Origin: a virus
Lineage: Duplodnaviria; Heunggongvirae; Uroviricota; Caudoviricetes
IMG/VR virus record: IMGVR_UViG_3300027754_000043
Direction: 5' to 3' (one strand)
DNA length: 64,000 nucleotides
Below are positions 1 to 9,194 of the stretch, piece after piece; the first letter of the stretch is position 1; every line of letters begins with the position of its first letter. Both the position numbers and the translations under genes were made by a program. Under the pieces are notes generated by a model. It had not been told where the DNA came from. It was given only the letters and a program-made list of their open reading frames with translations, and did not search any database.

Positions 1-825
1 GCCAACTAATCGACGACCTGATAATAATTGGTATTCTAATTCATCCCCTATGCTACTTTCAATATTTAATAGATTATCAGATATTGATTGTAAATCTTTC
101 ATTTCAAGACCCAATGTATGAGCTTTGAGTACTGCCATTTCTAAATTACCCGGTATTTTACCATATTGTAATTGTATAGTAGCACCTGCTTTTGCAATAC
201 CAGCTGTAACTACTTTAAATAACCCCATCGTACCTGATGGATCTAATGCCCCTGTTAATGTTTCAGTTGCTTTTAGTGTCATAGCAGCCGATTCTCCTTG
301 CTGAGATGCATAGTATGAATATTCTTCTGCTTGTGCTGATGTTAATTTCAAATTGGTAGTTAATACACGTTGTACTGAAATTAATCCTTTATAATATGTT
401 TTATTTTTAACAGCTGCTTGATTTAATGTTGGTACTATATTCTTAATACCAGCACCATAAGCCTGCATCTGTTTACCTGTTATACCTAATTCTTTTGCTA
501 CAGTATAAAATGCAGCTGACAATTTAGCTGCAGTTGCTGTTGAGACGCCAAATGAATCATTAATTGCTTTATTTCGTAACTCAAGTTTTAATGAAGCTTC
601 GGTTAAGTCTTTATATCGATTTAATAATACTTCATTAGCACCAGCTAATTTATCTAACCCAGTTAGTGCCTGTACAGAATTCGTTTTTACGGCTGTTAAG
701 TTGTCATTGAATGCGGTAGCAGCAGTTAAGGATTTAGTTAATAGTGCCACTAAATCAAAAACACCATGTTTAGGCTTAGATTTAAGATAACGAATTAATC
801 GATGTTGTTCTGTTTTAGTATGCAT
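1..825 (-). CDS. Tape measure protein, N-terminal part (runs off the window start; not in the ORF track)
   Basis: Manual translation from ATG at 825 is open to base 1 (275 codons: MHTKTEQHRLIRYLKSKPKHGVFDL...LLNIESSIGDELEYQLLSGRRLVG). Ala/Leu/Lys-rich and helical; lies directly after tube and chaperone genes, the canonical TMP position. Confidence 0.8.
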   Translation of the reverse strand, partial: MHTKTEQHRLIRYLKSKPKHGVFDLVALLTKSLTAATAFNDNLTAVKTNSVQALTGLDKLAGANEVLLNRYKDLTEASLKLELRNKAINDSFGVSTATAAKLSAAFYTVAKELGITGKQMQAYGAGIKNIVPTLNQAAVKNKTYYKGLISVQRVLTTNLKLTSAQAEEYSYYASQQGESAAMTLKATETLTGALDPSGTMGLFKVVTAGIAKAGATIQLQYGKIPGNLEMAVLKAHTLGLEMKDLQSISDNLLNIESSIGDELEYQLLSGRRLVG

Positions 826-854
826 GGTATGAAATATCTTTATAATAAATATTA

Positions 855-1139
855 TTATCTAGATTTTCTACTAGATTTTTTTGATAATGCCTCAGTTTGC
901 TTTTCTGCAACTTCTGCTTTGGCTTCTAAAATCTCATTTACTTTGTTTGCATAAAATTTACGAATAAATATTGGTAAATTATACACAGTTTCCCAGTCCC
1001 ATCTACCTTCACCAAACCAAATTAATTTAAATAAAGAATCATGTAAGTGTATGCGATCAGGTGGACTAAAACCAAAAAAGGTCTGTTCCAATGGGAAATG
1101 TAGATTTGAAGGTGCTCCCATCTTCACCTTCGAATTCAT
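855..1139 (-). CDS. Tail assembly chaperone, second (GT/gp51-like) segment; probably expressed by frameshift from the upstream ORF
   Basis: FFGFSPPDRIHLHDSLFKLIWFGEGRWDWETVYNLPIFIRKFY resembles gp51-like chaperone tails. It overlaps the end of 1066..1833 in the +1 frame, has no clear RBS, and sits just before the TMP. Confidence 0.6.
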   Translation of the reverse strand: MNSKVKMGAPSNLHFPLEQTFFGFSPPDRIHLHDSLFKLIWFGEGRWDWETVYNLPIFIRKFYANKVNEILEAKAEVAEKQTEALSKKSSRKSR

Positions 1140-1833
1140 ATGTCATATCCAAACCAGGAAGATTAGCTGCAATGTATTTTCTAAATTCTTTTGCATTTTT
1201 CGATAAAAATTCATATCGTATAAAATTTTCAATATCTGTTTTATCTCTATTACCATTTACTTCTGTAATTGTAGCTGATAAAAATTCTGAAATTGTTATT
1301 TCATTGATATCTTTATTAATATAAATGAATTTTAATACGACATCTGTTCCGTTATTATTAAATTCATATTCAAATTCTCCATTTTCATTAGATTGTAAGT
1401 CAAACGGTTTATTTTGCAATCTAGATAATATCAAAGTACGGTCAATTGACTTTTTAGTATTAGGATCAGTAACTTTTACAGGATATTCGACACCATATGC
1501 TAATATTCTAGCATTAATTATTAATGAATCTTTATCAGAAGTTTTAATATCTGCAACTGCTACTGGTGTTGTGATTATAGATTCTAATAATTTATCAAAT
1601 ACAACCCCGTTATCAATATATGATGGATTAGTTAAAATATCCTCATCATATGCAGTCATATATCGCATTTCAATTTGACCACTACGCAATGGATGTGTTT
1701 CTGGATAAATTTTTCCTTGACTTGGTAAATTCACAATAACTGTTGGTAATTTACTTCTTTTTTGTGATTCGTATTGTTGTTTTGCTAATTCTACGATTTT
1801 TTGATTTGATACACGATCTGTCATCTGTGTCAT
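1066..1833 (-). CDS. T4 gp26-like baseplate hub / tail assembly chaperone
   Basis: VNLPSQGKIYP...IEMRYMTAYDEDIL motif typical of the gp26-like family; between tube and TMP; AGGAG SD at 1839-1843. Confidence 0.65.
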   Translation of the reverse strand: MTQMTDRVSNQKIVELAKQQYESQKRSKLPTVIVNLPSQGKIYPETHPLRSGQIEMRYMTAYDEDILTNPSYIDNGVVFDKLLESIITTPVAVADIKTSDKDSLIINARILAYGVEYPVKVTDPNTKKSIDRTLILSRLQNKPFDLQSNENGEFEYEFNNNGTDVVLKFIYINKDINEITISEFLSATITEVNGNRDKTDIENFIRYEFLSKNAKEFRKYIAANLPGLDMTYEFEGEDGSTFKSTFPIGTDLFWF

Positions 1834-1881
1834 AATAACTCCTTTTAAATAACCTTTATTATAAATATATAAAACACAAAA

Positions 1882-1906
1882 AATGGGAGATATTTAGTCC
1901 CCCATT
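1882..1906 (-). terminator. Rho-independent terminator after the tail tube gene
   Basis: Minus strand AATGGGGGA-CTAAATA-TCTCCCATT stem-loop (one G-U pair) followed by TTTTTGTGTTTT. Confidence 0.75.
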
Positions 1907-1927
1907 AATGAATATATTATTTTAATA

Positions 1928-2455
1928 TTAGAAGCTTAATTGTGCCCAATCATATCGAATCGATAATTCAATAGTAACAACATCTTCTGTGCTCCAATCC
2001 AATGAACCCCAGTTTGAATCAGTTATCCAAGCACCATTTAATTTCCACTGTTCAATAATTTCACCTAATGGTGATAATTGTTGCAATAATAATTCTTTTT
2101 TATAATATGTAGAATAACCATCTCTACCAGTATGCGATTCGTGGTGCTGCATTATCCATTGCATTACTGCTTGTGCACCAGATGGGACAATTGCATCATA
2201 CAATGTTATTGATAAAGCATTCCAATTAGATTTACCTTTCACATATCGTTGTACATTTATGTAATCTAAAGTAACTTCACCTTGAGTTAATTGTGGTTTA
2301 CCTGATGCTTTAATTAAATATGATGGTATATTTACCCCGCTGTTATTTACTGACAAAACAAATTGATGTTGCTTTTTTGGTTCCCAGCTGTATGCATTCC
2401 CGAACATACCAGCTTGATCCACATATGAGCCAGATATTAAATTTTCTAATGCCAT
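1928..2455 (-). CDS. Tail tube protein (T4 gp19-like)
   Basis: 175 aa; EPKKQHQF...GKPQL...WNALSITLYD...EQWKLNGAWITDSNWGSLDWS..IELSIRYDW; follows the sheath gene. Confidence 0.9.
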   Translation of the reverse strand: MALENLISGSYVDQAGMFGNAYSWEPKKQHQFVLSVNNSGVNIPSYLIKASGKPQLTQGEVTLDYINVQRYVKGKSNWNALSITLYDAIVPSGAQAVMQWIMQHHESHTGRDGYSTYYKKELLLQQLSPLGEIIEQWKLNGAWITDSNWGSLDWSTEDVVTIELSIRYDWAQLSF

Positions 2456-2497
2456 GTTTTCATTATCCTATTTTATAAATAAATATTAGCAAAGTAA

Positions 2498-2523
2498 AAA
2501 AGGTGAGAACTAATCTCACCTTT
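2498..2523 (-). terminator. Rho-independent terminator after the sheath gene
   Basis: AAAGGTGAGA-5 nt loop-TCTCACCTTT perfect stem with A/T runs on both sides. Confidence 0.8.
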
Positions 2524-2538
2524 ATTTTTAGTTAATTA

Positions 2539-5004
2539 TTATCCTGGAAATTGTGCTCCGGTTGGTTGAATATTGAAATCTAATACAATAAACTCAGCTG
2601 TTCTTGTTGGTTGCAAGAAAATCTGACCGTATAAAATATTTCTATCAATAACATCTGGTGTATTATTCGTCGAATCCATTACTACTCTAAACGCATATAA
2701 ACCTTGTTTCGTTTTTACTGTTTCCATATATGGATTAACGATTGATAAGAAAATATTTCTAGTTCGATCTGTGTTTTGTTCGAATACCAAATAACGTGTA
2801 GATGATGCAATGAATTTTTTAAGTTCTAGCAACAAACGGCGCACTGACACTCGGTCTAATGCACTTGGTCTAGCTTGTAATGTCTTTTGACCCCAAACCA
2901 CTACTCCTTCATTAGGGAAGTTCGCAATAGGATTAATACGAGCTTCATACAATGTATCACGCATTGCTTGTGATAAGTTAATATATGTATCAGATACTGT
3001 AGTTAAACCACCACGAGTTAAACCAGCAGGTGCATACCATGGAGCTCCAATTTTATCATTAAATGCTAATACACCCGGCAATACAACGCTCGGTGGTACC
3101 CAAACAGGAACATTTTTAGAAGGATTAACAATACGAACCCATGGCCAATATGCTGCTGTGTAACTGCTATCTAATGTAGCAGTGTCAGAAACAACTGTTG
3201 AGATTGGATCTTCTAATCCGTTTGAATCCATTACATAAAATGTATCTTGACGAGTTTCTGCTAGATTAATTGCTAATGATGTTACCGCACTATGTTTACT
3301 ATTCAATATACCAGGTGTAACAATCATATTCATATCATAATAATCAGTGTTACTTAACAATGTAAATGCTTTGTTATATGCTTTAGTACCTGTCGATGTA
3401 CTAGTTGCACAATCAAATCCGAATGCATTTGTATTTGCAATCCATTTACCTGAATATTTTGGTAAGTTTGGACGAGTTCCATCAAATCCACCTTGGAATG
3501 GTACTATGAATTTACGAGTATATGAAGAAATGTTATCAGTAAATGTACCACCTATTAATGCAGATTCAACTGAACCAGAGTAAGGTGCTGTCGATGATGG
3601 GAATGCTGCTGCTGCATCTTGATTAATATTGCCTAAATAAAAATCTACATTGCTACCAGTTGTTGATCCTGATGATGGTAATGGTGCTAAATAATTTAAA
3701 TTTGTTGTATTATTAAAATCAAATCCAAAATAATTTTTAGCGCTATATGTTGTTTGAACTTGGGTTGTTACATATGTAGCACCAGTTAAGTTAGCAGCAC
3801 CCGCATTTGGTATTGGAGATGTTAATGCTCTAAATCCAAATGGTATCAATGATTTTTCATTTGTACCATATTTCACAGCGTCTGTTACTTCTACGCGAAT
3901 GAATTTAGATTTATTTGGATAATCACCATTTACTACTAAATCATTAGCATCTGTTACTGTTTGATAACGATCACCAATTAAATTTACAATGTATCTAGGA
4001 GATGTTGGATCTAAATTTACATTTTGAAATATCTCAACTGTATCTGGTGTTTTATCTGTATCTTGAGATGAATATGGAGAATTAACAATATTTGATGTAT
4101 TAACTCTACGTACCTCTACACTAAAAGTACCATATCCATTTGGATCGGTAACTTCGTTAGATGTTCTAACATCAAAAATACCAATTTTAACTTCATGATT
4201 TACTGATGTACCATGTGATAATGTATGGAATCTAAATAAATCTTTAGTAACACTTCCAATTTTTTGTGATGTTATATAAGGTGTTGCTGCTGTGTTATAA
4301 TCTTGTATAAATTCATAGTTAGAATATTTAACTAATGATAATGTAACATTGCCTATGTTATTAAATGCTGAAGTTGCAGTTTTATCTTCATATTGTACAT
4401 ATACTGGATAATCAACAGATTTTGGTGATGCTCCAAAAACTTTGTTAACATACTTGTTACTCGATTCTACAACTGAACCTGAAATTGCAACGCCTTCTGC
4501 TACTAGGAATGCTCCTGAATATCCAATTGCATTTGCATCGGTACCAGTTGGTACTGCATATGAACCAGAAATTTTAATTGCAAATGAACCTGAGCCTGCA
4601 TCTAAAAGAACTGAATCTTCAAATACCGCTGATGCTCCTGTTGTTGTAATTGCCTGTGTTGGGTGCAATACGTGAGTTACTCTGCTAACTGATGCTGATG
4701 TTGCAACGATTGCCATTGCCCCATTTGTTAATTTATATCCATCTTCATATAAAAGACGAGTTACTGTGATTACATTTCCATTTCTTAAATAGTCTTGAAC
4801 TACATATGGAACATATGAATCATCTGTATATGATCCGAATTTTTGTGTGAATTCTCCCCACGATGTTATTTTAGTTGGTACAAGTGCTGGACCTTTAACT
4901 GTTGGTCCGACAATTGCCGCCCCTAATTGTGCTACACCACCAGCTAAAAACGATTGATCTACTTCATTCGTAAATACACCCGGCGATATTATTCTTTCTG
5001 CCAT
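2539..5004 (-). CDS. Tail sheath protein (gp18-like)
   Basis: N-terminal SPGVFTNEVDQS; C-terminal YWPW, PPS, WYAPAG..RG, INPI, VWGQKT, VRRL, LVFEQN, DRN motifs; AGGAG SD at 5012-5016. Confidence 0.95.
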   Translation of the reverse strand: MAERIISPGVFTNEVDQSFLAGGVAQLGAAIVGPTVKGPALVPTKITSWGEFTQKFGSYTDDSYVPYVVQDYLRNGNVITVTRLLYEDGYKLTNGAMAIVATSASVSRVTHVLHPTQAITTTGASAVFEDSVLLDAGSGSFAIKISGSYAVPTGTDANAIGYSGAFLVAEGVAISGSVVESSNKYVNKVFGASPKSVDYPVYVQYEDKTATSAFNNIGNVTLSLVKYSNYEFIQDYNTAATPYITSQKIGSVTKDLFRFHTLSHGTSVNHEVKIGIFDVRTSNEVTDPNGYGTFSVEVRRVNTSNIVNSPYSSQDTDKTPDTVEIFQNVNLDPTSPRYIVNLIGDRYQTVTDANDLVVNGDYPNKSKFIRVEVTDAVKYGTNEKSLIPFGFRALTSPIPNAGAANLTGATYVTTQVQTTYSAKNYFGFDFNNTTNLNYLAPLPSSGSTTGSNVDFYLGNINQDAAAAFPSSTAPYSGSVESALIGGTFTDNISSYTRKFIVPFQGGFDGTRPNLPKYSGKWIANTNAFGFDCATSTSTGTKAYNKAFTLLSNTDYYDMNMIVTPGILNSKHSAVTSLAINLAETRQDTFYVMDSNGLEDPISTVVSDTATLDSSYTAAYWPWVRIVNPSKNVPVWVPPSVVLPGVLAFNDKIGAPWYAPAGLTRGGLTTVSDTYINLSQAMRDTLYEARINPIANFPNEGVVVWGQKTLQARPSALDRVSVRRLLLELKKFIASSTRYLVFEQNTDRTRNIFLSIVNPYMETVKTKQGLYAFRVVMDSTNNTPDVIDRNILYGQIFLQPTRTAEFIVLDFNIQPTGAQFPG

Positions 5005-5053
5005 TAAATTACTCCTTTAATTTTAATATAAATATAGATTGTAAATCCCAAAC

Positions 5054-5323
5054 CTACACAGCAGGGGTAAATGTTCCATCTTCTATATTTACAGACCCAT
5101 CGCCGTAACGATCTTTAAGTAAATCTAATAACTCCGATTCGCGTTCTTGCAATCTAGTAAATTGATTAAGCAATTGTGATTTTTGAGATTTCACAATGTC
5201 TAGTTTAGATTCTAGCACATGTTCTTCAATTGAAACCGTACCCAATAATTGAGTGTTTTGTGCAAAATCATTGCGAAGAGTTGTAATTGCTTCTAAATGT
5301 TCTTTGTCTAATTTTTTTGTCAT
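5054..5323 (-). CDS. Hypothetical coiled-coil protein
   Basis: 89 aa helical ORF ending LKDRYGDGSVNIEDGTFTP; AAGTTATG start context. Confidence 0.7.
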   Translation of the reverse strand: MTKKLDKEHLEAITTLRNDFAQNTQLLGTVSIEEHVLESKLDIVKSQKSQLLNQFTRLQERESELLDLLKDRYGDGSVNIEDGTFTPAV

Positions 5324-5373
5324 AACTTATTTTTTTTAATGTATAATATAATATAATAAATTTATATTGAAAT

Positions 5374-5583
5374 TCAAACCGGTTTATCTACAATATCAAA
5401 CAAATGCCATAAATTGTGTATTGTATAATAATCAATCATTTCTTGTTGTGTTACTTGATCAGGATATATTGTCATATATTCTAATCCATTTTTTATAACC
5501 GTAATTGGTAACGGTGGTTGTTCAGTTAAGTATTCTACTCGAAATACTAATTCTTGCGTAGATGCATCAAAATTTGCGACCAT
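5374..5583 (-). CDS. Hypothetical protein
   Basis: 69 aa ORF tiling between neighbours on the coding strand. Confidence 0.5.
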   Translation of the reverse strand: MVANFDASTQELVFRVEYLTEQPPLPITVIKNGLEYMTIYPDQVTQQEMIDYYTIHNLWHLFDIVDKPV

Positions 5584-6460
5584 AATAATCTCTAAAATAA
5601 TTTTCTAATCTTAATTGTTCAGATTCATTCAACCAATAATCAAATAGTAAAAATGCACCAAAATACATTCCAGCCCCCATAATACCTGTTGTAATATTGG
5701 TATTACCCACATAAAATGATTGTCCTGCAGTCATCGCAGTAGTTACTATGTTGAAATTAGATGTAAATAATTGTTTCTTCAATGTTCCATTAATATATAC
5801 TTCTTGTTCGGAACCAATGCCGCCAGGTTGTTTTAATCGATATTTAACTGTTAATATCATCCAATCTTCTCGCTCTGCTTGTGATGCATATGTATCATAT
5901 TGACTATTAGTTATCGAACCTGGCTGACCTCCATAATATATACTTCGTATGGTTCGATTTGCATCTGACATAGATAAATCAACACCACCTGGTGTAATAT
6001 TGTCAAATACATAAAAAATCTGATTAGCAATTGGTTTTAATTTAACAACCATTATAGCTGATACCTCAGAATCACCACTAAAATTTAATGTCGGTGTTGG
6101 ATATAATGAACATCTAGAATCATTAAAATCTAACGAGTTACGTAAATTGAAGATATCGTTTGTGATAATATCTGGCGTAAATCCAGAACCTTGTGCATTT
6201 GTAAGTGTAAATCCGGAACTAATTAAATCAGTTAGTGTAATTACCGTACCAGTATTAGTTGTAACGTTATCAGCATTGCAAAAGATTAATGGTTTTTTTA
6301 CGCCTGTTAATGTAACCGGATCTTGCATTTTATCCATGTTAGCAGTACCATCAGTACGACCTCCAGCAAATCCGGTACGATATCCTGCCATTCCTAACCC
6401 AGTTTTTGCACCTTGCAATCTGCCTTGATTAAAACCTTTTACTAAACCCGTTCTAGCCAT
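5567..6460 (-). CDS. Virion protein with LamG/concanavalin-like beta-sandwich
   Basis: Gly-rich N-terminus; C-terminal WMILTV...QEVYINGTL...FYVGN...FGAFLLFDYWLNESEQLRLENYFRDYYG pattern. Confidence 0.6.
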   Translation of the reverse strand: MARTGLVKGFNQGRLQGAKTGLGMAGYRTGFAGGRTDGTANMDKMQDPVTLTGVKKPLIFCNADNVTTNTGTVITLTDLISSGFTLTNAQGSGFTPDIITNDIFNLRNSLDFNDSRCSLYPTPTLNFSGDSEVSAIMVVKLKPIANQIFYVFDNITPGGVDLSMSDANRTIRSIYYGGQPGSITNSQYDTYASQAEREDWMILTVKYRLKQPGGIGSEQEVYINGTLKKQLFTSNFNIVTTAMTAGQSFYVGNTNITTGIMGAGMYFGAFLLFDYWLNESEQLRLENYFRDYYGRKF

Positions 6461-6462
6461 GA

Positions 6463-6891
6463 TTAATAAAATTCACCATTAACGAATATACTAGATGTAG
6501 ATGTTGGAGATAAAAATACAGATGCCGATGTTTGCATTGTTAAAAATGTGTTTGGCGGTAAATTGTAATAAGGCACACCATTTGCATCTTTTTGTTTTTG
6601 AAATACCCCAGCAAAAACTGAATTACCAAAAAAGTCAAACGTTGCAGTACCAGCTGTATAACCTGAGTTAATAGTTACTGCTAATACACCTAAACGAGCA
6701 ATACCTGCAGAACTTGAAAGTCCTAATAAGTGGTTGGCTGCTGTTGATGAATTTGTCCCAACTGTGATGCTATAGATACGAGATCCATTTGGACCTCCTT
6801 GTGCTATAACTAATGGTGTTAATTGCGATGAACTCACTAAAAACGATGATGATGCTAACAATGCACCTGTGAATGTTAAACTTGTTGCCAT
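6463..6891 (-). CDS. Putative small virion (tail) protein
   Basis: 142 aa, Ser/Thr/Gly-rich beta-type ORF in the fibre cluster with an upstream ATATTTAT motif. Confidence 0.55.
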   Translation of the reverse strand: MATSLTFTGALLASSSFLVSSSQLTPLVIAQGGPNGSRIYSITVGTNSSTAANHLLGLSSSAGIARLGVLAVTINSGYTAGTATFDFFGNSVFAGVFQKQKDANGVPYYNLPPNTFLTMQTSASVFLSPTSTSSIFVNGEFY

Positions 6892-6922
6892 AATTTATAT
6901 TTTATATTAATAAATATTTTGA

Positions 6923-8473
6923 TTAAAAATTGTTAGATAAATATAACAGTGTTGCTTGTAATAATGCATCACTAGATATAGTATTGCATGATTGTGATTT
7001 TACTGATCCAGATATTGCTAATGAACCTGTTATTTCATATGCCCCGGATAATTTGGTTGACCAATTTGCTTTACCATCTGATGTTTGTGATACTAATACT
7101 TTACCAATACCTTCAGTAGTGTCTTGTAATTGTACTGAATATGCAGGAAATGATCCATAATTGGTATTAGCGGCAAACTTACCTCCAATACCCTCAGATA
7201 TAACACCAAACTCATCCGTTTGACCAGCATTACCTTCAACACCAACTGATATGCCATTACCTTGAACACCAGTAGTCGCACCATCGCCAACAACCCCTAT
7301 AAGACCATTACCTTGAACTCCATTATTAAAAGAACTTTGTCCAAATATACATGTTTCGCTACTATTAACATATAATTTATATGTTGGATCGATACCACCA
7401 CCAATACCGACATAACCAGACGCATCTATAACAAATTTAGATGTATCTGGTGTTGTGGAATCTTCTACAACAAATGCATTACCTGTTCCTGTTTGTGTTA
7501 TTCTAACTAAATCGGTTGAGGTTGAACCTGTTATCAGTAATCCAGAACCAGTAATATTTTGTGTTACGTTTAATGATCCTGTTATCGTAGTATTACCAAC
7601 TACGTTTAATGCTGTAGCAGATCCAGAAATTATCAATGATCCGGTTACTGTTAATATTCCTGGCGTATTCCATTGCAATGCAGTTGAACCGTTAGTATTA
7701 TTCAATGTCCCAGCACCCCAATCAATTGACATCGATGGTGTACCTCCTAAAGTAGTTTTATTGTATTTTAAATTCCGATTACCCCAATCGACTGTTTCTC
7801 TGTTAACACCATATGGTGTTCCTGGTGTATATAAAATTCTATTATTCCAATCGACGGTAGTATACTCACTATCGTTTGAGAAATCATATGTGTTTAATGT
7901 TTCAAGGTTCCAATCAATCACGTTAATTGCTGTTGGATTAAGGGTTGTATCAACCTTTTGAATTACATTATTTATAGTATTTATAGCAGTGTATGTTACT
8001 GAAGCTGATGTATTAGATACAACTAATGAACCGGTTACACCTAGTGAACCAGATATAACAACGTTTTGGTTTAATGTGCTTAAACCAGTAGCATTTGATG
8101 CTGTTATTGCATATGATGCAGATGCAGCAGATGACGCAGTTCCTAATAACGATGCAGTTACACTACCTAATGTCATCGAATTTAATGCAGGATTATATGT
8201 TATAGTACTAGTATATAATCGTTCTGCTGCAAATGGATTGTTATTCGAATCTACAAATGTCGGGAAAAAATTAGCATTAGTAATATTTCTTTCTGATATA
8301 ATAGTAGATGCAGTTTGTGCTGTTGTTATAAAAGATGCGGTTATGGCATTTTGTGCCCAAGATGCAGTTCCGAACAATGATCCGGTAATACCCGCAGTTA
8401 CATTAAGCGAACCTGTGATGTTAGAACTTCCTTGTGAGAAGTATCCATTCTTTATTATGAATTCGTTTGCCAT
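6923..8473 (-). CDS. Tail fibre protein
   Basis: Repeated ITGS/TASxA motifs; contains the DLVRITQTGTGNAFVVEDS module shared with 9195..11819. Confidence 0.75.
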   Translation of the reverse strand: MANEFIIKNGYFSQGSSNITGSLNVTAGITGSLFGTASWAQNAITASFITTAQTASTIISERNITNANFFPTFVDSNNNPFAAERLYTSTITYNPALNSMTLGSVTASLLGTASSAASASYAITASNATGLSTLNQNVVISGSLGVTGSLVVSNTSASVTYTAINTINNVIQKVDTTLNPTAINVIDWNLETLNTYDFSNDSEYTTVDWNNRILYTPGTPYGVNRETVDWGNRNLKYNKTTLGGTPSMSIDWGAGTLNNTNGSTALQWNTPGILTVTGSLIISGSATALNVVGNTTITGSLNVTQNITGSGLLITGSTSTDLVRITQTGTGNAFVVEDSTTPDTSKFVIDASGYVGIGGGIDPTYKLYVNSSETCIFGQSSFNNGVQGNGLIGVVGDGATTGVQGNGISVGVEGNAGQTDEFGVISEGIGGKFAANTNYGSFPAYSVQLQDTTEGIGKVLVSQTSDGKANWSTKLSGAYEITGSLAISGSVKSQSCNTISSDALLQATLLYLSNNF

Positions 8474-8522
8474 TCCTTTTCCCTATCCAAGTTATGGGTT
8501 TATTATTTATATATAAATATGA

Positions 8523-9191
8523 TTAGATTCCGAAACGTGCTCTGGTTGCATTGAAGTTTTGAAGTACTTCGGATGCGGAGAGTGCTCGGTTGTAAATTGA
8601 GGTTTGTGATATATTTCCTTTAAAATTATATCCTCCACCGTCAATATACCTAGCAATCATTAAATTTGTAGTATCTAATGCGTTTGAAGATACAGTACCA
8701 CTCGTTGTATTAGTAATTCCATTTCCATACAATGTATGTGTTATTCCTGATCTGATTGAAACTAAAAAATTCCATTGGCCATCTGTTAAAGTCAAATACC
8801 TACCAAATGGTGAAGATCCTTCTAAAACACCACCTCCCCAACTATTTGTAGAAGTACCTTTTCCTAACCAAAAACCACCACCATAATTTTTATCTAATAA
8901 TCTTGCATAAGTTGGGTTTGTTGAATCTGTTGGTCTAAACCATAAACATACTGTAAAATTTGTTAATTGTGTATTAAAGGTTGTTGTTACGTGTGCATTT
9001 GTTCCATCAAACACAATTGAGCCACCATTACCACTATTAAATGTTGGGCCATTAATTAATGTTCCATTATTTCTATTTTTACTAATATCTGTCCACGTAC
9101 TAGATCCACTAACATATGATTTAGTATTAGCTGCATCTAGACATAATACTAGACCATCAGTTACTATTTTTGGTGAATAATTAAATGCCAT
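8523..9191 (-). CDS. LamG/concanavalin A-like domain virion protein
   Basis: DGLVLCLDAAN..SY..SSTWTDIS..N.GTL.NGPTF...SIVFDG...IYNRALSASEVLQNFNA signature. Confidence 0.85.
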   Translation of the reverse strand: MAFNYSPKIVTDGLVLCLDAANTKSYVSGSSTWTDISKNRNNGTLINGPTFNSGNGGSIVFDGTNAHVTTTFNTQLTNFTVCLWFRPTDSTNPTYARLLDKNYGGGFWLGKGTSTNSWGGGVLEGSSPFGRYLTLTDGQWNFLVSIRSGITHTLYGNGITNTTSGTVSSNALDTTNLMIARYIDGGGYNFKGNISQTSIYNRALSASEVLQNFNATRARFGI

Positions 9192-9194
9192 AAC

